Assembly (NCBI GenBank): GCA_963745035.1
Contig: CAVUVW010000014.1
Span: 960,001 to 1,024,000, forward strand
Reading direction: 5' to 3'
DNA length: 64,000 nucleotides
Source: an uncultured delta proteobacterium
GTDB taxonomy: Bacteria; Desulfobacterota; Binatia; UBA9968
The translations under genes were made by a program, and so were the position numbers. Shown piece after piece: positions 10,291-19,287 of the stretch. The number at the start of each line of letters is the position of its first letter. The first letter of the stretch is position 1. The notes beneath the pieces were generated by a model. That model was not told where the DNA came from, did not search any database, and was given only the letters and a program-made list of their open reading frames with translations.

Positions 10291-11652
10291 ATGCGCGCGA
10301 TCTTCATGAGTTATCGTAGGGAAGATACCGAAGGCCAGGCGGGCCGCTTGTTCGATGATCTTGCGCGACACTTTGGCGAGCATTCGGTTTTCATGGATGT
10401 TGCCGGTATCGAGCCGGGTCGCGATTTTCGCCGCGTCATTGACGAGCATGTGGCTTCCTGCGGCGTTCTGCTGGCGATGATCGGCAAGAGCTGGATCGAA
10501 GCGAAAGACGGCTCGGGTCGCCGCCGGCTGGACGACCCCATGGATTTTGTGCGTCTCGAAACCGCCTCGGCATTGAAGCGCGATATTCCGGTCATTCCGG
10601 TGCTCGTGCATGGAGCGAGCATGCCGCGAGCCGAACAGTTGCCCGAAGATTTAGCGGAGCTCGCCTATCGCAATGGAGTCGAAGTGACGCATGTGCGCTG
10701 GGATTCCGATGTGCAGGTGCTGATCAAAGCGCTGGGTCCTTATGTGGAATCAGCGGAAAAAAACAGCGGCAGGGGAAACGGCGCGCCGGCGAATGGAGCG
10801 TCAAAGGCGCGGACAATGGCTGCGGCGGTCTCTGCCGACGCATCACAAAATTTCGACGGCGTGCAGCGGGCTGGGTTGCCGGAAGCGAAAAAATCTCTGG
10901 CGACCATCGTCGCGGCAGTCGCGGCGGCTCTGGTGATCGGCGCCGGCGGCTACCTCTGGTATCAGGTGTCGTCCGAGCGCGCCCGGATGGTAAGGCAGGC
11001 GGCATTGTTGGAAGAGGCGAAAAAGAAAGCGGCCGCCGAGCAGCTCGAAGCGAAGAGACGGACCGAAGAGAAGGGAATGGCGGATGCTCTTGAAGCGAAG
11101 AAATACGCGGCCGAGAAGGCCCTGGCCGCGGAAATGGAAGCGAAGCGCCGGGTGCAGGAACACGCCCTCGACGCAAGGAGACAAGCTCAAGAAAGAGAAT
11201 ACGCTCAGGAGCTCGAAACCAAGCGACGTGCCCAGCAACTCGCCGAAGCAGAGAAGCGCGCGGCCGAAAAGCGCGCGCAAGAAATCGCGCTCGCAGAAAA
11301 ACGCGAAGCCGAAACACAAGCCCGCGAGCGCGCCGCCGCCGCGGAACGGGAAAGGATGAGAATCGCGCAGGAAAGGGCCGCTGCGGCGCAGCGCGCGCGC
11401 TGGCCATCCTATAACTTCCCGCCGCCCAACGGCGGCTTGCTGGTCTACACGATCATGCCGGACGGCAATCCCGCCTGCGCCTCTTACGACGGCGGGGGTT
11501 GCCTGTGGGGAGTCACCTACGATCAGATCGATTTCCGTCGACTGAAACCGTTAGTCTGCGGTGAACAGCATCGCGCACGGTTCGGTGTCACCGGCTACGA
11601 AAACCTTAGACATTGGTGCAGTTTGGCAAGAAGGCTGCGCGATCGCCGATAA
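10291..11652 (+). CDS. TIR_2 domain protein with TM helix, coiled-coil stalk and Cys-containing C-terminal domain
   Basis: IFMSYRRED, VFMDV..IEPGRDF, DFVRLETASAL, VIPVLV TIR_2 motifs; hydrophobic helix; E/K/A/R-rich repeat region; AGGAG RBS. Confidence 0.85.
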   Translation: MRAIFMSYRREDTEGQAGRLFDDLARHFGEHSVFMDVAGIEPGRDFRRVIDEHVASCGVLLAMIGKSWIEAKDGSGRRRLDDPMDFVRLETASALKRDIPVIPVLVHGASMPRAEQLPEDLAELAYRNGVEVTHVRWDSDVQVLIKALGPYVESAEKNSGRGNGAPANGASKARTMAAAVSADASQNFDGVQRAGLPEAKKSLATIVAAVAAALVIGAGGYLWYQVSSERARMVRQAALLEEAKKKAAAEQLEAKRRTEEKGMADALEAKKYAAEKALAAEMEAKRRVQEHALDARRQAQEREYAQELETKRRAQQLAEAEKRAAEKRAQEIALAEKREAETQARERAAAAERERMRIAQERAAAAQRARWPSYNFPPPNGGLLVYTIMPDGNPACASYDGGGCLWGVTYDQIDFRRLKPLVCGEQHRARFGVTGYENLRHWCSLARRLRDRR

Positions 11653-11873
11653 GGCGCTGACTGGCGACTGTCTCGGATGAAAATATTTCTCGGTTAATCC
11701 GTGTGGCGAGCGAGAGATGAGGTCAATCCGCTAACGATTCGGTGCTGAGGCAGGTTGCCGATTGGAGCATCGTAAGAGAGATCATGGCGGAGCGAGGAAG
11801 GATCCCGCCATGGTTGAAACAATATGACCCTTGAATCCCCCCTAAGCTGCGTGGCTCGCGTCGGCGCTCCGCA

Positions 11874-11900
11874 CACTTGATCTGGCATCAAGTTCGTTTT
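11874..11900. repeat. Palindromic site copy 1 (CACTTGA-TCTGGCA-TCAAGTTCGTTTT)
   Basis: Variant of the 26-nt motif at 12353 and 50216. Confidence 0.7.
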
Positions 11901-11991
11901 CTCTCCGTTCTCTCTTGACCCGGCTGTGTGTCCTGCCCGGCGTGACCCCGGTTCCCTTCGAGGCACGTTCCTGACATTACCGAAAATTACT

Positions 11992-12020
11992 TTGACAGTT
12001 GGCCGTGGGCAGGCTCTAAT
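11992..12020 (+). promoter_or_regulatory. Sigma70-type promoter
   Basis: TTGACA-N17-TCTAAT, 9 nt upstream of ATG at 12030. Confidence 0.55.
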
Positions 12021-12029
12021 TGGTGGGGA

Positions 12030-12314
12030 ATGCAATTAAAACTTTCGATCGGAGACGCAACCACTTCCAATGTAAAGAACTATGGCGTTTCCGTCTCCTG
12101 CAACAAATGTGGAGGCATACATGACATGGAGGTCTCGGTCACAATGACGGATGGCCCGATTGTAATGCAAAGTCTCGCTTCCTTGTTTGACGCGAAGGCC
12201 CTTTCGAAAATCCTCTCGGACCTGAGCGGCAATAGTATCACCTGCCCCAAGACGGGAAGACAAACCTCGCAAAAAAACAGTCACCATATCTTTTTAGTTC
12301 CACCCAAAAGCTGA
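12030..12314 (+). CDS. Small hypothetical protein, possible zinc-binding (CNKC...CPKTG)
   Basis: ORF with promoter immediately upstream; Cys motifs. Confidence 0.6.
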   Translation: MQLKLSIGDATTSNVKNYGVSVSCNKCGGIHDMEVSVTMTDGPIVMQSLASLFDAKALSKILSDLSGNSITCPKTGRQTSQKNSHHIFLVPPKS

Positions 12315-12352
12315 TCGTCAATGCCGCCTGCAAGGCGAGCTTATTCGAGCGG

Positions 12353-12378
12353 CACTTGATTCGGAATCAAGTTCGTTT
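12353..12378. repeat. Palindromic site copy 2 (CACTTGATTCGGAATCAAGTTCGTTT)
   Basis: 26/26 identical to 50216-50241. Confidence 0.85.
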
Positions 12379-12538
12379 TCGGATGGAGGAAAGATGCCGC
12401 CCTGATGAGGGCGCTCGTGCCAGTGGCTTCGCATTTAGCGGCGAGCTTGAACTTGACAAGGGCATGGACTTGGCGCGGCGGCTCATGAAGAAAACCGCAC
12501 AAGGCAACCAGCGCTCGCAGCCCGCTGTAACAGCTCGT

Positions 12539-12949
12539 TTAACTTCCAAATAGTTTCTTGCCAAGAAAATAACCAAAAATCGTTGCAGCTAGGACGAGGC
12601 TGCCTGAAAGAATGCCCTTACCCAATGTCACGTAGTTAGGGTGTTGCCTGAGCTTGCCGCCAACGAACTCGGCAATGACGCGCGGAAGCAGAGCACTCGC
12701 ACCGACGAAGCGGTCGCTGAGACGATTAACGTCGAAATGACCTCCGGCAACCAGGATAGGGGTCTCTTTGTACTTCACGCCAATACCTTCGCCATTGTCA
12801 ACAGCCGTGTGGAGAAACCCCAGCTCAGCGGTCCACATCAAAGCGTGCTCTGAGTGCGGCTTGTCAAGGTCATCAGATCGGAACCACCGGCGCTGAGGCT
12901 CATTAGGAATCTGGCGCACTTTAAGAATTTCGGTGAGCAGACTCATCAT
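12539..12949 (-). CDS. Conserved hypothetical protein, possibly with an internal in-frame deletion
   Basis: VRQIPNEPQRRWF..EHALMW..VDNGE..YKETPILV resembles a hypothetical family recalled from memory. Confidence 0.55.
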   Translation of the reverse strand: MMSLLTEILKVRQIPNEPQRRWFRSDDLDKPHSEHALMWTAELGFLHTAVDNGEGIGVKYKETPILVAGGHFDVNRLSDRFVGASALLPRVIAEFVGGKLRQHPNYVTLGKGILSGSLVLAATIFGYFLGKKLFGS

Positions 12950-13174
12950 CGGGGAACCTAACTAGTGAGTATACTGACCAGCGTTTGCGGATATTAATAT
13001 CGGCAAATGCCGCCCGCAAGCTGATTGCCGATCTGCTGTGCTAGTTGTGTGCTAGTTCAATCCGCGAACAAAGACGAGGAGAGAAGAAGGCACTCGTTTT
13101 CTGTTGGTTTTTGCTGGTTATGCGGATTGGCACTCACCACCACGAGACTCGAAATCAAGTGCACGCGGAAACTC

Positions 13175-13417
13175 TTAGTCGCGGTGTCCGTTGCCGTTGA
13201 GCAGTGTCCGGCCGTTTTCGGTGAGCATCACTTCAGCAGCGTGGCCCGTTCCGTTGCGGTTGATCTCGATGTAACCGTCGGCGATCGCGTCTTCCCAGAT
13301 CATGTGCCGTGGGCAATGGCTTTGCCATAGGTTCATGGCTTCGTCATAGGTGCGCCGTTGGCTCGAGATCCAGGAAAGAAATTCCAACATCAACAGATCG
13401 TGCGACAGTTGAGACAT
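13175..13417 (-). CDS. Small hypothetical protein (winged-helix-like tail)
   Basis: RTYDEAMNLWQSHCPRHMIWEDAIADG..LTENGR; GGAGG RBS. Confidence 0.65.
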   Translation of the reverse strand: MSQLSHDLLMLEFLSWISSQRRTYDEAMNLWQSHCPRHMIWEDAIADGYIEINRNGTGHAAEVMLTENGRTLLNGNGHRD

Positions 13418-13461
13418 TGCCCCCTCCCATTCTTTGAGCTGGGTGAAATCGTGTTCCTATA

Positions 13462-13870
13462 TTACACCGGAATGCCCAATTGTTTAAACCAGGTCGCCCG
13501 GTCCCAGTAGCCGCGTTGATACTTGATCTTGCCGTCAACGACGTGAAAGAAGCCGCAGCCTCTGAGGCTGAACGTCTTGCCGTTCGGCTGCATGCCGGCA
13601 AACTCGCCTTGCCAAGTGGCGCTACCGGACCACTCCGGCATCGCCCATTCCCCGGCTTCGAACAAATTTTCGATGTGGGTCACGTTATCGGGGAAGGCCA
13701 CGAAGAATATCGTCAGATCCTGTTTGATCTTTGTGAGACCGACGACAGGCGGGCCGGCTGCGACTTGCCAATTCGTCGCGTCGCCGTGGTAAAGCGCAGC
13801 CGCAGCGAGCAGCGTCGCGAGCGTTGAAAGCTGCGACCCATTCCTCAATCACTTCACGCGGTGTTTTCAT
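13462..13870 (-). CDS. SnoaL-like/NTF2 ester cyclase; frameshift near 13810
   Basis: WVAAFNARDA, FVAFPD, GEWAMPEWSG, GCGFFHVVDGKIKYQRGYWD. Confidence 0.85.
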
Positions 13871-13915
13871 TCTAGGATTGTCGAAGGTCGGGTTTCGGGC
13901 GAGCGTCGCTCGCCT

Positions 13916-14257
13916 CTACTTCGACTCCGCGCGCACGTATAGCTTCTGTGGAGCTTTGTCGAAGTACTTGAATAGCGCGGGACAGAGCCAACCTTCCATA
14001 TCGAACTGAGGAGAATAGTACCAATTGCCGCCGTATTCTTCGCGGCGCCAGTCGATCTCGACTGCGTAGCCGGGAAACGGAGACGCCGAGAACAGCAGAC
14101 GAAATCCGTTCTCTGAATTGGGAATCGAAGAAACCAACTGATCGATCATTTTGTCGATGCCGGCAACAAACGGCTCTCTGCGCAAGCCCACCGCCGGGTC
14201 ATCGAACACCCACATGCCCTCGTGTTTGTACGGCGCTATCAAGCCGATGCTGTTCAT
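13916..14257 (-). CDS. DUF6717-like protein
   Basis: IAPYKHEGMWVFDD..EPFVAG..FSASPFPG..GGNWY..WLCPALFKYF. Confidence 0.75.
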   Translation of the reverse strand: MNSIGLIAPYKHEGMWVFDDPAVGLRREPFVAGIDKMIDQLVSSIPNSENGFRLLFSASPFPGYAVEIDWRREEYGGNWYYSPQFDMEGWLCPALFKYFDKAPQKLYVRAESK

Positions 14258-14282
14258 TTCTTTTGTTCCGGCGCTGAAAGTT

Positions 14283-15707
14283 CTATGCCGGTCTCCGATC
14301 GAAATACTTCCCGTACTTTTTCGCGACCTTGTTCTTCAACTCTTCGCTCGCCGCCGACGCCTTGGGAAAATCCTTGGCCCATTCGTAAGGCTTGGTGGCG
14401 TCGATAACCGCTCGGGAGCTGAAGCCTTTTTGATCCTTGGGAATGATCGGATCGAGCGGGCCGCTCCAGGCGCGGCGGATGAAGTCGGTGTCGGCTTGCG
14501 GATCGACGCGCGTGCACATGGCCCAGAGCACGTCGTTCATATCGTAGACGTCGATATCGTCGTCGACGACCACGACGTAGCGGCCGAGATAGGCGCCGGT
14601 CTGGCACTGCGCGGCGATCATCGCGGCTTGCTTGGCATGCCCGGGATAGCGCTGCTTGATCGACACGGCGGTGAAAAATCGTCCTTGGTAGCAACCGACA
14701 CCGCGCACGTCGGGCACGCCGGCTTTGTCCAAGTGGTCCCAGATGAACGCGGATCGGAGTAAGCCGTCGTCGGCGCCGCCGGGCGGGCGCGAAGACGGCG
14801 CGGCGGTAATGATGGGGTGCGTTCGATGCATGAGCCGTTTGACTTTCAAGAATCGGCTCTGTTCGCTCGCCGCTCGCGTAGTAGCCGGTCCATTCGCCGT
14901 AGGGGCCTTCGCGTTTTTGCTCGGTGGGAATGCACTTCGCCTTCGATGGTGATTTCCGAATAGGCCGGGATCGGCAGGCCGGTGTGTTTGCCGAGGATGA
15001 CTTCGACGGCTTCGCCGCGGATGCCGCCGGCATAGTCGTATTCGGATCGGCCCCATGGCATATGGTTGGCCGCGGTCATGAGCAGGAGCGGATCGTCGCC
15101 GAAGCTGATGGCGACGGGAAAAGGCTTGCCCTGATCGAAATATTTCTGGCGCATGATGCGGCCGTGCTTACCGGGCGAGATGTAGAGCGCGAGAGTATCG
15201 CGATCATGCACCATGACGCGGTAACAACCGAGATTGACCCAACCCTCGTCGATGTCGCGGGAAATCACCAGATGCGCGGTGCCGAGGTAGCGCCCGCCGT
15301 CTTCCTCATGCCAGCGCGGCACGGGCAGGGAGAGCAGATCGATATCTTTGCCCTCTAAAACATTCTCCATCACCGGTCCGCTCTGAACGCTGCGCGGCGG
15401 AATGAACTTCTGATTGTTGAGACGTTCTTTCCACGCCTGGATGAACTCGCGGCGGCCGTAGTCGAGCGGGAGATGAGTTGTCAGACATTGGCGCTTGAGC
15501 GACTGGTGATGCACGCCGACGAGCACGCGGTGGCCAGCGGGATAGTCCTTGATCTCGTCGAACAGAATCGCCGGGTAGGGCTCGTTGCGCGCATAGACTT
15601 CGGTGAGCGCGCCCATTTCCAAATTCCAATCGACACCGGGAATGCGCTTCAGCTCGCCGAATTTTTCGAACTTCGTCAATCCAGCCTCGCAGATCCGAAT
15701 AGAGCAT
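14283..15707 (-). CDS. UbiD family (prFMN-dependent) decarboxylase; frameshifted
   Basis: DLRGWI, LPVPRWHEEDGGRY, NLGCYR, EGPYGEWTGYY, VVVDDDIDV..VLWAMCTRVDP, IDATKP. Confidence 0.92.
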
Positions 15708-15746
15708 GGTTGGCCTTCCTGATGGCGCTAAATGTTTCGCCCTCAT

Positions 15747-16531
15747 TCAACTCCAATCGCGGTCATATTTCAAGAGTGATTTCTGAATAGCGTGATAAAT
15801 CCCCCGTGTCCGGCTGACTAAAGGCGGTCGATATTCCGATTCTAGTAGGGGCGTATGGCATACGCCCAGTCTATGCTTCGCGTACGGTTTCCACCCCTCC
15901 CTCCAATCCAAATATTCCAAGCCGATGAAGCGCTTCTTGTAGTCGTAGGAGAACGGCTCATGATAGGCGTAACCGGGATAATAGTAGCGGTAGCCCTGTT
16001 CTCGCGTGAATTCGATCGAGTGGAGCATCATTAAAATTCCCAGACTTCTCCTCGTCTCTGCCGGATCGAAGATCGCATAAACCGCCGAAGTCGCCCTCTC
16101 GCCGAGATCGAGAAACGTCACCCCCAGACAGTTTCTGTTCGAGATAGACACATAGCTCCAGGTTGCGGCAGGGGACCGCATCGGGAATCGGCGATAAGAA
16201 GGTATCCAGCGAGTCAGGGACGTTTTCCTTGAATCGGCGCCGGTGTTTTAAAAACAAGGCGCGTTTTTCTCTGTCCATGCGACGAAGGTCGAAGCAGAGC
16301 ACTCAGGTCGCTATTTACCCTCAAGATGCGTTTGAGGCTTCGGGTGAGAACGAACCGGGAAATATCGAGCCGCAGCGGCAACACGGAATAGAGTTCGCCG
16401 CCATGAACCGCGGTGCGGTAGCGGAAGAAAAGAACGCCGAAGTGCCGCCAGCCTTCCGCCCAGTAGCGATCCATTTCGCCGGGAGCGGCTTCGAAGCAGA
16501 TGAAATGCTCGGCGTCGTCCTGTGATGTCAT
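15747..16531 (-). CDS. Arginyl-tRNA--protein transferase / Bpt-like (ATE family); frameshifted
   Basis: GWRHFG..FR, VLPLRLDISRF..TRS.KR, SAVYAIFDP..RRSLG, YYYPGY, YKKRF. Confidence 0.8.
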
Positions 16532-16616
16532 TGCCGCAACCGGGTCAAGGCTGACTAGAAATAGAAAGGGCATCCTGTCCGACAGGATGCCCCCGGCATC
16601 GATGCGGGATCGCGGT

Positions 16617-17633
16617 TTACTTGCTTTTGTACACTTTGTCGAAGAACCCTTCGTCGTCGAGCTTTTTGAGCCAACTAGAGTCGACAATCCGCTCTGCTTT
16701 GATGGAAGCGACCTTGGGATTCTGCTCAGCGACATATTTGATCACGGTTCTGGTGCCTTCGAGAGTGGGGTAGGGCTTCCGATCGAGTTCTTCCAACGCC
16801 TCTACATAGAAATCTTCAGCAGCGTCGACGTTGGGTAACCGCAGATTCTTCGCCAGTACCTCTTTCACAGCTTGCTTGTTCTCTTTGTTGAAGACGTAAG
16901 CGTAGCCCTCGACGAGAGCCCGGATAAAGGAATCATAAAGCTTGGGATTCGCAGCCATGTAGTCTCGGCGCGACGCGAGCACCGTGTTTTGATAAGGGAT
17001 CTTCGCCTGGTTCATGTTCAACAACTGAGTGTAGCCTTTGGCGATCATGGTCTTGGTCGCGAGCCGCTGCAGCATCGCCGCATCGAGGCCTTTCTGCTCC
17101 AGCGCCGCCATGCGCTCCGGGTCAAGCCCTGTTTGCATCAGAATGACGTTGTCTCGCTTCACATCGAGCTTTAGATGATCCAGAGCGATCAGCGCTGACA
17201 CATGCGACGATCCGCCGAAGCGCGCGGTGCCCAGCCGCTTGCCCCGAAGATCCGCCGCGGTCTTGATAGTCGGCTGTGTGATGAGCGCAAAGGGCGAGGT
17301 GTTGCTGATGCCGAGAAACATCGCGATATCGACGCCGTTGGCGATCAGGCTCAAGAGTGCGGCCGGCGCGTTAGCGGCGATCTGAATTTCGCCGGCCGCC
17401 AGCATCTGGCTGACGAGAGCGCCGCCCATGACGAATAGCAACTGCACGTCGACGCCGTGTTTGTCGAAAATCTTCTTGTCCCGCGCCACCCACAGCGGCG
17501 TATTGTGGGGCGTCGCCGTGGAAACGGCCAGCTTGAGCTGCTGGGGTCGAGATGACTGAGCTTGGATTAAAGAAGCGCTCACGAAGATTAGTAGAAGAAT
17601 GGCGAGCGCGCTGCGAAGCGGTTTACGAGTCAT
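16617..17633 (-). CDS. ABC transporter substrate-binding protein (NMT1/THI5/SsuA-like)
   Basis: Signal peptide; PLWVARDKKIF, DLRGKRLG..RFGG, PYPTLEG. Confidence 0.88.
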   Translation of the reverse strand: MTRKPLRSALAILLLIFVSASLIQAQSSRPQQLKLAVSTATPHNTPLWVARDKKIFDKHGVDVQLLFVMGGALVSQMLAAGEIQIAANAPAALLSLIANGVDIAMFLGISNTSPFALITQPTIKTAADLRGKRLGTARFGGSSHVSALIALDHLKLDVKRDNVILMQTGLDPERMAALEQKGLDAAMLQRLATKTMIAKGYTQLLNMNQAKIPYQNTVLASRRDYMAANPKLYDSFIRALVEGYAYVFNKENKQAVKEVLAKNLRLPNVDAAEDFYVEALEELDRKPYPTLEGTRTVIKYVAEQNPKVASIKAERIVDSSWLKKLDDEGFFDKVYKSK

Positions 17634-17815
17634 TGAGCTTTTCCTCCGAAGTTGTTGTCTGGTCGTCTCGTTCCAGCACGAGTATAGCACGCTGTCACCC
17701 CATCCCGAATTGGCAGACGAGAATCAGGCGGGCAGCGCTAGAAGCGTACAATCTGAGCCGGTGGATTCAATCTCGGCCGGTAGTTGATTGCCAGGGGAGG
17801 TTCCAGGCAGAACGG

Positions 17816-18841
17816 CTATTTCTCGAGCAATCGCTTCATCCGCTCCACAACCTCAGGCGGCTGCGTGATGACTTCGCGCGCCAGCGATTCTAGCTGCTCG
17901 CCCGCGACCGGGTCGATGTCGAGTTTTCTTTCTCTCGCTTGTGCCTGAAAGTCCGGATCGTTCAATGTCTTTGCGAAAGCCGTCTTGAGAATTTGCGCGC
18001 GCTCCGGTGGCAGGCCGGGAGTGGCGACATAGGGACGGCCGAAGGCGCCGACGGCGAGGATGATCGTGGCCAGGCGTTTGCCGGCGTCGGGAGTCTTGTG
18101 CTCGTTCATCAACTCCCAGATCGTCGGAACGTCGGGCAAGCGCGGATCGCGCTTCTTGCCGGTTTGGATCAACACCCGCACAAAGCCGTTCTTGAACCAG
18201 CCGATGAGCGGCTCTCGTCCGAATAGAGTTTCGAGCGATATGCCGCGGCAATGGATCTCCTCGCGCTCGACGGCGAGGTCGACTTCCGGCCCATCCTTGT
18301 ATCCCGTGAGAGTATGAAACTTCGCGCCAAGGGTTTCCTCGATCAGGTTGCCGGTGTAATAGCCGGTGGAAGACGTGCCGGTGGCGCCGCATTTGGGCGG
18401 CACCGACGCTTTGCGCACGTCCTGGATCGTTTTGTAGGGCGTGTTGGCGCGGATGTAGATGATCTGCTCGACCTGCGTCGGCGTGCCGAGCCAGGTAAAC
18501 TTCGGCCAATCGAACTGAACTTCCTTACGGCCGACGAGCTGATCGAAATAAAGGCCGGCGCGAATGCCGCCGAGGGTAAGACCGTCGGGCTTGGCGACTT
18601 TGTAAACGTAGTTCGCCGCGATCATTGCGCCGGCGCCGGGCATGTTTTGCACGATGATGTTGGGATTGCCGGGAGTGTATTTGCCCAGGTAGCGCGCCAG
18701 CATGCGCGTCCAGGCGTCATCGACGCTCCCCGCGCCGTAGCCGGCGACGATGCGGATGGTTTTATCTTGAAAGAACGGTGCCTGAGCCGGCGCGTTGCGC
18801 GAAACGAGGACGAGAACGAGAACCAGCAAGAGTTTGTTCAT
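17816..18841 (-). CDS. Tripartite tricarboxylate transporter substrate-binding protein (TctC/Bug family)
   Basis: IVAGYGAG, NMPGAG, AKPDGLTL, LPDVPT. Confidence 0.9.
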   Translation of the reverse strand: MNKLLLVLVLVLVSRNAPAQAPFFQDKTIRIVAGYGAGSVDDAWTRMLARYLGKYTPGNPNIIVQNMPGAGAMIAANYVYKVAKPDGLTLGGIRAGLYFDQLVGRKEVQFDWPKFTWLGTPTQVEQIIYIRANTPYKTIQDVRKASVPPKCGATGTSSTGYYTGNLIEETLGAKFHTLTGYKDGPEVDLAVEREEIHCRGISLETLFGREPLIGWFKNGFVRVLIQTGKKRDPRLPDVPTIWELMNEHKTPDAGKRLATIILAVGAFGRPYVATPGLPPERAQILKTAFAKTLNDPDFQAQARERKLDIDPVAGEQLESLAREVITQPPEVVERMKRLLEK

Positions 18842-19077
18842 GGCAACCTCCGCGCGTGCTCGATTCGCGCGGAGCATACTCGCATTGCTACTCTGGGTTC
18901 AAGGGGGATTTAATCGCGATCGGATGACCGCGTGATGAACGGTGCCGTCAAACGCGAGTTTAAGTGCCAGGCTGAGCGCGTCCATCGTCACCGCTCCTGC
19001 ACGGGCTGGTTGGTCCATGCAGATGACGCGAATATAGGAAGTGATAACTGACAAATTTCGACAAGGGCTCATATACT

Positions 19078-19245
19078 GTGGATTACGAGTTCGGAAAAAG
19101 CTGGTCAGTGACACGTGGCACTTCTGCACGAATCGCTGAGTGGCCGACCCATAGTTGCATTTCATCCGAACGGTTGCCGGTTGATGAGATGCTCTGCAAT
19201 GAATGCATCGTCAAGAACCAGCACGGCGAATGTAAGAGAGTTTCG
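19078..19245 (+). pseudogene. Small Cys-rich (putative Zn-binding) protein, frameshifted
   Basis: RKKLVSDTWHFCTN in one frame continues as WPT..LCNECIVK..GEC in another. Confidence 0.45.
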
Positions 19246-19287
19246 AGCAGTCCTTCGTGGCCGCGGCAGCATCGCGCCGGTCTTGTT

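Noticed and set aside
12353-12378. FNR/CRP box or dif site
   Set aside because: Spacing is TTGAT-N5-ATCAA in all three copies (FNR needs N4), and there is no XerD arm (TTATGTTAAAT).
13146-13170. Intact tRNA-Ser gene
   Set aside because: Only an anticodon-loop-like fragment is present, with no D arm, T arm (GTTCGAATC) or acceptor stem.
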